In this document: piece by piece, positions 7,942 to 17,400 of the stretch
How positions within the stretch are numbered: position 1 is the stretch's first letter
How the letters are laid out: each line of letters starts with the position of its first letter
NCBI RefSeq assembly: GCF_000020025.1
Contig: NC_010628.1
Span: 4,410,001 to 4,442,000 of the forward strand
DNA length: 32,000 nucleotides
Direction of reading: 5' to 3'
DNA from: Nostoc punctiforme PCC 73102
GTDB taxonomy: Bacteria > Cyanobacteriota > Cyanobacteriia > Cyanobacteriales > Nostocaceae
The notes under the pieces: model-generated
Databases searched by the model: none
What the model saw: the letters and a program-made list of their open reading frames with translations, nothing else
What the model was told of the DNA's origin: nothing
Translations under genes and position numbers: made by a program

Positions 7942-9930
7942 ATGCTAGAACAAGGCACTATCAGTATTCATACTGAGAATATTTTCCCGATCATTAAGAA
8001 GTCTCTTTACTCAGATCACCAAATCTTTTTGCGGGAACTGGTATCCAATGCTGTAGACGCTATCCAAAAGCTGAAAATGGTATCCCGCGCCGGAGATTAC
8101 GCTGGAGACATCGGCGAACCGGAAATTGAAATTGCCATTGACAAAGATAAGAAAACTCTCTCCATATCCGATAACGGTATCGGGATGACCGCAGATGAAG
8201 TTAAGAAATATATCAATCAGGTTGCCTTCTCTAGTGCTGAAGAATTTATTCATAAATACGAAGGCAAATCAGATCAACCCATAATTGGCCACTTCGGTCT
8301 TGGTTTCTACTCTTCCTTCATGGTGGCGCAAAAGGTAGAAATTGATACCCTCTCCTACCAAGAAGGGGCGCAGGCGGTTCACTGGACTTGCGATGGTTCC
8401 CCAGCTTTTACCTTAGAAGATTCGTCCCGCACAACTCGCGGCACTACTATTACCCTCAGTCTGCAAGGCGAAGAGGAGGAATTTCTAGAATCTGCACGGA
8501 TTAAGAATCTTGTCAAGACCTACTGCGATTTCTTGCCAGTACCAATAAAACTAGAGGGTGAAGTATTAAATAAGCAAAAAGCACCGTGGCGAGAGTCTCC
8601 AAGTAATCTGACTCAAGAAGATTATTTAGAGTTTTACCGTTACCTGTATCCTTTTCAGGAAGAACCTTTGTTGTGGGTACATTTAAATACTGACTATCCT
8701 TTTATCATCAACGGGATTCTGTATTTTCCCAAAATGAGGCCGGATGTAGATGTTACCAAAGGGCAAATCAAGCTATTTTGTAATCAAGTTTTTGTCAGCG
8801 ACAACTGCGAAGAAATTATCCCGCAATTTCTGATGCCGATGCGGGGTGTGATTGATAGCACCGATATTCCGCTAAACGTATCGCGGAGTGCCTTGCAAGG
8901 CGATCGCACCGTGAAGCGAATTGGTGACTACATTGCTAAAAAAGTAGGCGATCGCCTCAAAGAACTTTTCCGCGATAATCGCGAACAATACATCAGTGCT
9001 TGGAAAGATCTCGGAACCTTTGTAAAATTCGGCGTTCTCAACGACGATAAATTCAAAAAACAAATTGAAGACATCATCGTCTTCCGCACCACCGCCAAGC
9101 TGACAGAAAAAGTTGCTGCTGAAACTCCAGTGGTTGAAGTCCAGTCTTCAGACGGCGATGCTTGGCAAGATGTGACTCCTTCACCCAGTGCTGAGAACTC
9201 AACCCCCAGCGCTCCCTATACTACGCTGAAAGAATATCTAGAACGCAACAAAGAACGCAACGAAAACCGGGTTTTCTACAGTACTGATGAAGCAACCCAA
9301 TCTACATACATAGAACTGCACAAAAATCAAGGATTGGAAGTCCTATTTATGGACTCCTTCATTGATACTCACTTTATCAACTTCCTAGAGCGGGAATATC
9401 AGGATGTCAAGTTTACGCGGGTAGACTCAGATTTAGACAATACTCTGCTGGAACAAGATAAAGATAAGGAAATTGTCGATCCTAAGACGAACAAAACCCG
9501 CAGTGAGACGATTAAAGAGTTATTTGAGAAATCTCTCAACAAACCCAAACTCAACATCCGTACCGAAGCGTTGAAGTCAGACGATCCTCAAGGTACACCA
9601 CCTGCGATGGTGCTTTTACCAGAGATTCTTCGCCGCCTGCGAGAAATGAATGCCATGATGCAGCAGGGAACAGCAGAGTTTCCTGAAGATCACATTTTGC
9701 TCGTGAATACTGCTCACCCGCTTATTCAAAATCTGGCAAATCTGAACCAAGGTACTATTATTCAAGGTGACGGTCAATCATCTACAGATCAGTTAGTGAA
9801 CTTAATTTGTCAACACGTTTATGATTTAGCGCTGATGTCTCAAAAAGGATTTGACGCTGAAGGAATGAAATCTTTCGTCGAGCGATCGAATGAGGTACTC
9901 ACCAAACTGACTGAACAAGCTAGTAAATAG
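7942..9930 (+). CDS. htpG: Molecular chaperone HtpG (Hsp90)
   Basis: 662 aa. It has the GHKL ATPase N-terminus (LRELVSNAVDA, DNGIGM, GHFGLGFYS) and the Hsp90 middle and C-terminal domains. Confidence 0.97.
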   Translation: MLEQGTISIHTENIFPIIKKSLYSDHQIFLRELVSNAVDAIQKLKMVSRAGDYAGDIGEPEIEIAIDKDKKTLSISDNGIGMTADEVKKYINQVAFSSAEEFIHKYEGKSDQPIIGHFGLGFYSSFMVAQKVEIDTLSYQEGAQAVHWTCDGSPAFTLEDSSRTTRGTTITLSLQGEEEEFLESARIKNLVKTYCDFLPVPIKLEGEVLNKQKAPWRESPSNLTQEDYLEFYRYLYPFQEEPLLWVHLNTDYPFIINGILYFPKMRPDVDVTKGQIKLFCNQVFVSDNCEEIIPQFLMPMRGVIDSTDIPLNVSRSALQGDRTVKRIGDYIAKKVGDRLKELFRDNREQYISAWKDLGTFVKFGVLNDDKFKKQIEDIIVFRTTAKLTEKVAAETPVVEVQSSDGDAWQDVTPSPSAENSTPSAPYTTLKEYLERNKERNENRVFYSTDEATQSTYIELHKNQGLEVLFMDSFIDTHFINFLEREYQDVKFTRVDSDLDNTLLEQDKDKEIVDPKTNKTRSETIKELFEKSLNKPKLNIRTEALKSDDPQGTPPAMVLLPEILRRLREMNAMMQQGTAEFPEDHILLVNTAHPLIQNLANLNQGTIIQGDGQSSTDQLVNLICQHVYDLALMSQKGFDAEGMKSFVERSNEVLTKLTEQASK

Positions 9931-9950
9931 TTGGGAATGGGGAATTGGGT

Positions 9951-10075
9951 ATGAAGAAGAGACAAGGGAGATAAGGAAGAGGGGGGAGACTTGTTCAATA
10001 ATTCCCCCTTGTTCCCCTTGTCCCCCTGCTTCTTGTCCCCCTGCTCCCCTTCCCCTCATCTCCCCCACTCCCTTT
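9951..10075. repeat. Dispersed purine-arm/pyrimidine-arm hairpin repeat, copy 1
   Basis: The core AAGAAGAGACAAGGGAGA(T/C)AAGGAAGA..GGGGAGACTTGTTCAATAATTCCCCCTTGT is shared almost exactly with 23477-23590. Confidence 0.65.
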
Positions 10076-10340
10076 TCCAGTTCTGCTGTCTAAGACATAG
10101 AATGGAAAGGCTGTATTAAAATAACAATCTGGAGATACTTGCTATGTCTCGTCGCTGTGAACTAACTGGTAAGAAGGCAAATAACGCCTTTGCTGTTTCT
10201 CACTCCCACCGTCGTACAAAACGCCTTCAGCACGCCAATCTGCAAAGCAAGCGTGTTTGGTGGCAAGGCGGAAATCGCTGGGTAAAATTAAAGCTGTCCA
10301 CCAAAGCAATTAAAACCCTAGAAGTTAAGGGGTTAGAAGC

Positions 10341-11520
10341 AAAAGTGTTGAATGTTAAGAAAAATCCGATAAAAACAGCCCAAAATATGTTAAATTTTGG
10401 GCGGAAGATTAAAGTATATCTATTTAATAGTGATTATAAATTCATTTCCCAAGATTGTCAAAGATATCTTGAGAGGACTGCCAAAAAACGATTATCCAGT
10501 ATTGAACAGTCGTCTGTTCTTTGAGTGCTGGTTATCTTATGCTATGGATAACAGCTTAACAAGTATGCGAGATTTATTTAACAGATTAAACAACACAGGA
10601 TTTCCGGTAGATATTTCTACTTTCTCTAAAGCAAACTTACATCGAAGTCAAAAACCTTTTCAAGAAATTTACCAAAAATTAAATGAATTAGTACAGAAGA
10701 AAGTTCAAAAAAAGTTACATGATAAATATGCAATTTGTCCAATAGATTCAACAATTATTACTCTCACAAGTAAATTGTTATGGGTACTAGGACACCATCA
10801 AGTAAAACTTTTCAGTTCTCTAAATTTAGCTACTGGAAGTCCATCAGATAACTTCATAAACTTTGGACATGACCATGACTATAAATTTGGTTGTAAAATG
10901 ATGTCTAGTCTACCAAATAATGCTGTTGGTGTAATGGATAGAGGTTTTGCTGGATTAAAATTTATCCAAGAATTAGTCCAAGAAAACAAATACTTTGTTT
11001 TGCGGGTAAAAAACAATTGGAAGTTAGAATTTGAGGAGCAAACTGGATTAATTAAAGTTGGTGCATCTAATGATGCTCAAGCCTATAGAGTGATTAATTT
11101 TTGTGATTTAGAAACGAAAACTGAGTTTCGATTAGTAACCAATTTACCAACATTAGGAGAGGCTGCCGTTAGTGATTATGAAATCAGGGATATTTATCGA
11201 TTGCGTTGGGGAGTTGAATTGTTGTGGAAGTTTTTGAAAATGCACTTAAAACTTGACAAGTTAATTACTAAAAATGTTAATGGTATCACCATACAAATTT
11301 ACGTTACTTTAATAGCTTATCTAATTTTACAGATATTATCTGTACCACAACAATGGGGACATACGCTATTAGATAAATTCCGCTATTTACAATCTTGTAT
11401 GTGTCAGAAAATAAGTTATGTTCATTGGTTTGAAGAGATGATGTCATGTTGACTATTTTAGGCTTTTTAGAGTTAGTGTAACTAGATATGTAAACTTTTG
11501 TATCAGCATTCAACATTTCT
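10341..11520 (+). mobile_element. IS4-family insertion sequence (~1.18 kb) with 11-13 bp target duplication
   Basis: The direct repeat GGGTTAGAAGC(AA) occurs at 10330-10342 and 11521-11533. The imperfect terminal inverted repeats are AAAAGTGTTGAATGTTAAG and the reverse complement AGAAATGTTGAATGCTGAT. There is a single transposase ORF and no HIP1 site inside. Confidence 0.85.
10397..11452 (+). CDS. IS4-family DDE transposase
   Basis: It contains DRGF and the Y-2-R-3-E-6-K signature ([15 protein letters not shown]). The start is uncertain: 10397 is TTG, a GTG lies at 10430, and there is no early ATG. Confidence 0.85.
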   Translation: MGGRLKYIYLIVIINSFPKIVKDILRGLPKNDYPVLNSRLFFECWLSYAMDNSLTSMRDLFNRLNNTGFPVDISTFSKANLHRSQKPFQEIYQKLNELVQKKVQKKLHDKYAICPIDSTIITLTSKLLWVLGHHQVKLFSSLNLATGSPSDNFINFGHDHDYKFGCKMMSSLPNNAVGVMDRGFAGLKFIQELVQENKYFVLRVKNNWKLEFEEQTGLIKVGASNDAQAYRVINFCDLETKTEFRLVTNLPTLGEAAVSDYEIRDIYRLRWGVELLWKFLKMHLKLDKLITKNVNGITIQIYVTLIAYLILQILSVPQQWGHTLLDKFRYLQSCMCQKISYVHWFEEMMSC

Positions 11521-11747
11521 GGGTTAGAAGCAATGGCAAAAGAAGCTGGTATTAACCTGAATCATTACTAATTAACCTGGGATTTTAGAACCTGAGACTA
11601 TGTACGGGAGACAGGATAAGCGGCTTTGCCGCTATTCATCCTGGTTCCCTACCAAAATAGAACTGAAATTAGTGTTAGGCGACTCATTACCCAAAATTAA
11701 TTCTAAATTACGAATTACGTTAGCGAGTCATCAAGCATCATTACGAA

Positions 11748-12398
11748 TTATCCCTGTTGTATTTGCTTTTGTACCCAAAGACGAAAAGCTTTGAATGTTG
11801 CATTTCTGCCTCCGGTTATACTTTGCTCAAGATATTGAGTAATCGCTTCACCTAATTTAAATTGAGGAAAATTTAGGCTTTGCTGAGACTCTACATAATG
11901 ACCATTTTGTAGAACATTAATTTGGAGCTTTCCTTTATTAAAACGCCAAAGTTCAGGTACTTTTAAAGCTTCATAAATATTAGGATGAGTGCGAGAAGTA
12001 ATGTCAACTTCTATAGCTAAATCTGGAGGGGAGTCTACTGTTAAGTCTAGACGCTTCTTCCCACGAATCTTAGATTCATTTTTTATATAGAAAGACTGGT
12101 CAGGTTCTATACCTTGAGCCATTGCTTGGTTTTTGAAAGTTGTAGAACCAAGACTGATGAACTCAGTATTTAGCTCTTGCAGAAGCGCTTTGACTAAATC
12201 GCCAATAATTTCTTTATCATATTCATGTTCTGGCAGTGGTGCCATAATCTCCAGTATTCCCCTGTCATAAGCAATTCGTGCTACACGGTGTTCGCCTAAA
12301 TCCTCTAGAATTGTTTCCAATTCCTGCCAGGTTACATCTCGCACTAACACTCTTTGTCCTGGTGGAACATGGATGCGCTTTAATTCCAACAACATCAT
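11748..12398 (-). CDS. Uma2-family (DUF820) restriction-endonuclease-fold protein
   Basis: The sequence pattern RIAYDRGILEIMAP...PE...PDLAIEV.S is typical of the abundant cyanobacterial Uma2 family. The ORF-track start at 12404 is GTG; ATG codons lie at 12398 and 12395. Confidence 0.8.
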   Translation of the reverse strand: MMLLELKRIHVPPGQRVLVRDVTWQELETILEDLGEHRVARIAYDRGILEIMAPLPEHEYDKEIIGDLVKALLQELNTEFISLGSTTFKNQAMAQGIEPDQSFYIKNESKIRGKKRLDLTVDSPPDLAIEVDITSRTHPNIYEALKVPELWRFNKGKLQINVLQNGHYVESQQSLNFPQFKLGEAITQYLEQSITGGRNATFKAFRLWVQKQIQQG

Positions 12399-12493
12399 CT
12401 CCACTCCCAGTAGCTTATATCTAAATTTAGCTTACTCTACTAATGCATTGCTCTAACTCTTCATACAAGTGTTAGCAGAGGAGCATACTTTAA

Positions 12494-12526
12494 AGAAAAA
12501 ACCTCTGGGGACTCCAGAGGTTTTAG
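12494..12526. terminator. Bidirectional-looking intrinsic terminator hairpin with no gene ending at it
   Basis: A perfect 9-11 bp stem, AAAACCTCTGG / CCAGAGGTTTT, with loop GGACT. The minus strand follows it with TTTTTTCTTT and the plus strand with only TTTT. Confidence 0.45.
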
Positions 12527-13804
12527 TTCCTGATTTAGTTTCTACTGGTTACTACAATTTGTCCTCAGTCATTTCCAGATAGAGAAGAAAATTATTTGAT
12601 TTGAAACTAATTACGCCTAAGCAATCAAAGTAATTAAGTGCTTAAATATACTAATAAACAACTAAGGAATGACCTTGCACAAATCTTTATTGAACCAGAG
12701 GAAATTGTCAACTTTTTCAAAAATTTAGTAAAACCTATCTTTAGCTAGAGCAAATTATTCGTAAACACGTCTAGAAATCCTTTTTTGCGAAACTAGAATA
12801 TTTTCATACTATAGATAGATATCTACATCATAAATATGGTAGATAGTAATGGATGTAGTTTTACTACTATGGACAGATGTAGACTTAATATTAATTCATA
12901 AAGTACTGTATTTTTTGGCAACCAATAAGTTAGGTCTCTTGCAATTTGTTCCGATAATAAATTTTAAATGAGCAATTATTATTAGAGTTTAAACTCTATG
13001 TTAAACTCTTACTCTTTTATTCAAATAATTTGTAATATTTTAGTGAAATTATTATCAAGCTTTGATAAATATTTTTTATTTTTTGTAAAAACTATTGACT
13101 AGATGTAGGATTATCCTTAAATAAGAAATAGTGGATTAAGATAAAGTTTGAGTAGCTGTCACTTCGGCGTTGCAATTTTATTCGAGATAGGTTCAAATTT
13201 AGGACTATCTACTGATGAGAAAGTCACTAGTTTTAGATAGCCTAAGAAGTAGATTCATATTCATACCTGACCTTGACTGTTTTTAGCTTCCGATTAACGG
13301 AACAAGATCCAATCTTTGTTGGTAATCAAAACTTAACCTACTAATATTTAAGTAGGTTAATCTATAAATCGTATTGTAGAACTCAGTAAAATCATTAATA
13401 TAAGGGCTACCCGAAGCCTTGAAAGTGTTTACCTATTACCATCAACTAGGGGTAATGGTCTTAACCAATACCATTATTGCACCGGGCTTCAGGAAAATCT
13501 GTCAAATTTTAGCGGCTAACCAGTGATTGGTTTAATGGTTTGAAGTATTTTTATTCCAAGTGAAGACCATTAACGTCCAATTTTAATTTATTAAAACCTG
13601 AATCAAGACAGTAATATCGCTTCTAAATCATCAGAATATTAGGGGTATATATACCTGTCGCTATTTGCACACCAATTCAATATTTAATTAACCATCTAGG
13701 ACTAATTAATTTTGCAGTTGTATATCCTGATATTTCAGGATTAGAAACAGTTGCAAAAGACACATTTGCCCACATTTGACACTTGGTAGCAACTGATAAA
13801 AATT

Positions 13805-14404
13805 ATGTCGGAAAATTTCAGTCAAGAGAAAGCTTTTGAATGCTATGACATGCACGAGAGCAAGTTCTTAACACCTTTCCAACGGAAGGCACTGCTGAAA
13901 AACCTGCAAGCTAATTTACAACCAGAATATCGTCGGCGGATTGAAATTATGTTACTTGCTGATAAAGGTAAATCTCAAAGCCAAATCTGTGAAATCTTAA
14001 GTTGTTCTCAGGAAATGGCACGATACTGGATTGGTTTAGCAGAGGCAGGTTTAGCACATAAATGGAATGAGCGACCGATAGGTAGACCAAAAACTGTTAA
14101 CGATCAATATATTGAACGCTTGAAAGAATTGGTAAGTAATAGTCCGCGTGAATATGGTTACGCATTTAGCTGCTGGACAGCACAATGGTTAAGTAAACAT
14201 TTAGCAAATGAATTTGGCATTGCAATTACCGATCGCCATGTTAATCGGCTGCTAAAAAAAATGGGACTTTCTACTAAGCGCAAAAAATCTTGTCCACAAG
14301 AAACTGATAAAAATAAAGATACTAGTATTACAATCTGCGACTTGCAATCTAACTCTGAACCTAGTTTGCATTGGTCATTTAATCTAATTCAGACCAATAA
14401 CTAA
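13805..14404 (+). CDS. Helix-turn-helix protein resembling the N-terminal DNA-binding half of IS630-type transposases, with no DDE domain
   Basis: 199 aa. The first HTH region is RRRIEIMLLADKGKSQSQICEILSCSQEMARYW and a second winged-helix-like region is CWTAQWLSKHLANEFGIAITDRHVNRLLKKMGLS. The stop lies 21 nt before the ABC gene, which has its own GGAGG. Confidence 0.7.
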   Translation: MSENFSQEKAFECYDMHESKFLTPFQRKALLKNLQANLQPEYRRRIEIMLLADKGKSQSQICEILSCSQEMARYWIGLAEAGLAHKWNERPIGRPKTVNDQYIERLKELVSNSPREYGYAFSCWTAQWLSKHLANEFGIAITDRHVNRLLKKMGLSTKRKKSCPQETDKNKDTSITICDLQSNSEPSLHWSFNLIQTNN

Positions 14405-14425
14405 TACTGTTTTGGAGGTTAGAAA

Positions 14426-17400
14426 ATGCCATCAGCGTTTTCCCAGCAATATTTAGCTGAACAAATTACCCAAGTCTTGGGTAATTCGCTGTCAAAGGAA
14501 GAACTTGATACGTGTCTTGAAGGGCTGAAGATTGTCGAACCACAAGTAGCAAAGCAGTTTTGGCAAGCAACTACAACTAACACAGGAATTTATATTGTCC
14601 TGAGTGGTAAAGTCAGGCTGCTGGATAGCTCTAATAATTTAATTACCACTCTCTTTTCTGGATCGTCATTTGGCGAGTTAACTTTATTTCCAGAAAAGGA
14701 ATTTAGTCCTTATGTGGCTAGAGCTTCGGCAAACTTAAAGCTTTGCTATATCAATCAAGAGACTTTACAAGAGGTAATTCGGACATCGCTTAGTGTCCGC
14801 GATCGCCTTTTAAGACGCGCAGAGGTCTGGGATTTGCTGCTGTTATGTTGTTACAACTCCTTAATTGGGCATAATGGCTCCGTTGAGGAGACCTTTAAAG
14901 CGCTATCTCTATTTGAGCGACACAATCTAGAAAGTGGTTCTTTGAGTGCCAATCTCACTAAAGATATCAAGCTTTGGTTGCTGTATCGGGGCGAACTGCT
15001 GGATTCTCATGGGCAAAGATTGACACCTGGAAACATCCACGTGAATCCCAAAGACGGAAGTTTGCAGGTAGCGCAATCAGCGATCGCTTACAGTTTGAGT
15101 AATGCGGATTGGCAAACAGCTCTACAACACTGGCCGCAATTAGCAGAGTTGATAGATTCCCAAGAGCCTCAAACTGTCCTGGAGAGTGAAGATTTCGGTC
15201 TGGGGACTAGGAAAAACTCTTCCCAATCCCCAATCCCCATTACCCCTTATCCCCAGAGGGGACACCACCTTCCCCAATCCCCAATTCCCAACATTGAGCC
15301 AAAACAAAAGCAAAGGAAACAACGACCGTACTTTCCTAGCCCAAAAGTAAAGGCTGGGCATTGGTTGGGACGCTTGACTAAACGGTATCCGTTTTTTGAA
15401 CAACAAAGCGCCTCTGACTGTGGAGCATCTTGCCTGGTGATGATTAGTCGCTATTGGGGTAAACGCTTTAATGTCAACCGCATCCGAGATTTAACTAACG
15501 TCAGTCGCAGTGGAGCATCAATGCGGGGTTTGACAGCCGCAGCAGAAAGTATCGGCTTTTCTACCCGTCCGGTGAAAGCTAGCTTCGATAAACTAGCCCA
15601 ACAACCCCTACCTGCGATCGCTCACTGGGAAGGTAAGCACTATGTTGTTGTCTATGAAGTCAATAAAAAACGGGTGATTATTGGCGACCCCGCCATCGGT
15701 CAACGTACCCTTACCGCTAGCGAATTTAAAGCCGGTTGGACTGGTTATGCCCTGTTATTGCAACCCACAGACTTACTCAAAGAAACCCAAGAAGCGACTA
15801 CAGCATTTTGGCAGTTTTTTGATTTAGTTAAACCTCACTCGCAAGTACTGTTAGAAGTGTTTCTCGCTTCGGTGTTGATTCAGGTGTTTGGACTAGTTAC
15901 ACCTCTATTTACCCAGCTACTGTTAGACCGAGTAATTGTACAGGGTAGTACTTTAACTTTAAATGCCGTTGGTTTAGGCTTACTAATTTTTGGTTTTTTC
16001 CGCGTTGCTCTGAATGGACTGCGGCAATATCTACTAGATCACACAGCCAATCGTCTGTCACTAACACTGCTGGTAGGTTTTATTAAGCATACCTTTCGCT
16101 TGCCCCTAGCTTTTTTTGAGTCGCGGTACGTTGGCGATATTGTCTCTCGCGTCCAAGAAAATCAAAAAATTCAGCGCTTCTTAACTGGAGAAGCACTATC
16201 TATTGGTTTGGATTTGATGACAGTATTTGTCTATCTGGCATTGATGTTTTGGTATAGCTGGCAAATGGCATTGTTCAGTTTAGCGATCGTCCCGCCTTTT
16301 GTATTCTTGGCGCTGGTCGCTACACCTTTTTTGCGCCGCATTAGCCGCGAAGTTTTTAATGCTTCAGCTAAAGAAAACAGTTATTTGATTCAATCTCTCA
16401 CGGGTATTCGCTCAGTTCGCTCAATGGCAATTGAGCAAACAGTCCGGTGGCATTGGGAAGAACTGCTGAATAATGTCATTAAAAAGACCTTTAGCGGTCA
16501 GGTAATTAGTAACCAACTACAAATTTTTAGTTCTAGTATCGAATCACTAGTTACTACAGGATTACTTTGGTTTGGTGCATGGCAGGTAATTCAAAATCAA
16601 CTGACTATTGGACAATTAATTGCCTTCAATATGTTATTAGGTAACGTAATTCGACCTTTCCAAAGACTCGTTGTCCTGTGGAATCAGTTGCAAGAGGTGA
16701 TCATTTCCACTGAGCGAATTAATGATGTTTTAGAAGCAGAGCCAGAAGAAGATTTACAATTTCAACCCCGTCAGAGTTTAAGTAGTTTGCGCGGTCATAT
16801 TGTATTTGAAAATGTGACTTTTCGTTATCATCCAGAAAGTGAGATTAACGTGTTAGAAAACCTCAGTTTTGAAATCAAACCTGAGCAAACTATAGCGGTT
16901 GTAGGGCGTAGTGGTTCTGGAAAAACAACCCTCTCCAAACTGATTTTAGGGCTATATCTGCCGACGGATGGCAAAATTTTGATTGATGGTCAAGATGTGA
17001 CTAATATTTCTCTGCGATCGCTCCGCTCCCAAATTGGCGTTGTAGACCAAGATACCTTTTTGTTTGGCGGTACGATTCAGGAGAATATCAGTATTGCTCA
17101 TCCAGAAGTTTCGCAAGAAGAAATTATTGAAGCGGCGCGGCTAGCAGGAGCAGATGAGTTTATTAAGCTAATGCCAATGGGCTACGAAACCCAAATTGGT
17201 GAAGGTGGGGGTATGTTATCCGGTGGACAACGCCAACGCCTAGCGATCGCTCGTGCTTTGTTAGGAAACCCCTGCTTCTTGATATTCGATGAAGCAACCA
17301 GTCACTTAGACGCTGAATCTGAGCGGATTATTCAGCACAACCTGACAAAAATTCTTCAAGGACGCACAAGTTTAATTATTGCTCATCGTCTCTCTACAGT

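Larger units (their letters stand above)
10144..11571 (+). pseudogene. rpmB: 50S ribosomal protein L28 gene interrupted by an IS element
   Basis: Codons 1-66 ([27 protein letters not shown]...EVKGLEA) lie at 10144-10341. The missing 12 codons (MAKEAGINLNHY, then stop) follow the duplicated GGGTTAGAAGCA at 11533-11571. Joining the two parts gives a 78-aa L28. Confidence 0.85.

Noticed and set aside
9826-10068. 80-aa minus-strand ORF (GEMRGRGAGGQEAGGQGEQGG).
   Set aside because: It translates the CT/AG-rich dispersed repeat and overlaps the htpG 3' end.
10144-10524. The 126-aa ORF as a genuine longer L28-like protein.
   Set aside because: Residues 67-126 are encoded by the IS left end. The true C-terminus lies after the target duplication at 11533-11571.
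11614-11641. Hairpin GGATAAGCGGC-TTT-GCCGCTATTCATCC as the rpmB terminator.
   Set aside because: The stem is plausible but no T-run follows, so it is too weak to list as a feature.
11304-11794. ORFs 11304..11516(-) and 11600..11794(+).
   Set aside because: The first is antisense within the IS. The second spans the rpmB-Uma2 spacer, overlaps the Uma2 3' end, has no motifs and has odd composition.
13181-13205. tRNA-like T-arm word GGTTCAAAT.
   Set aside because: It lacks the closing CC, and no acceptor, D or anticodon stems can be built around it.
12405-13804. NtcA (GTA-N8-TAC) or DIF (TCCGGA) developmental promoter motifs upstream of the exporter locus.
   Set aside because: I scanned every GTA by eye and found only near-misses (GTA-N7-TAC at 12855, GTA-N8-TAG at 12761). 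No TCCGGA occurs anywhere in the window.
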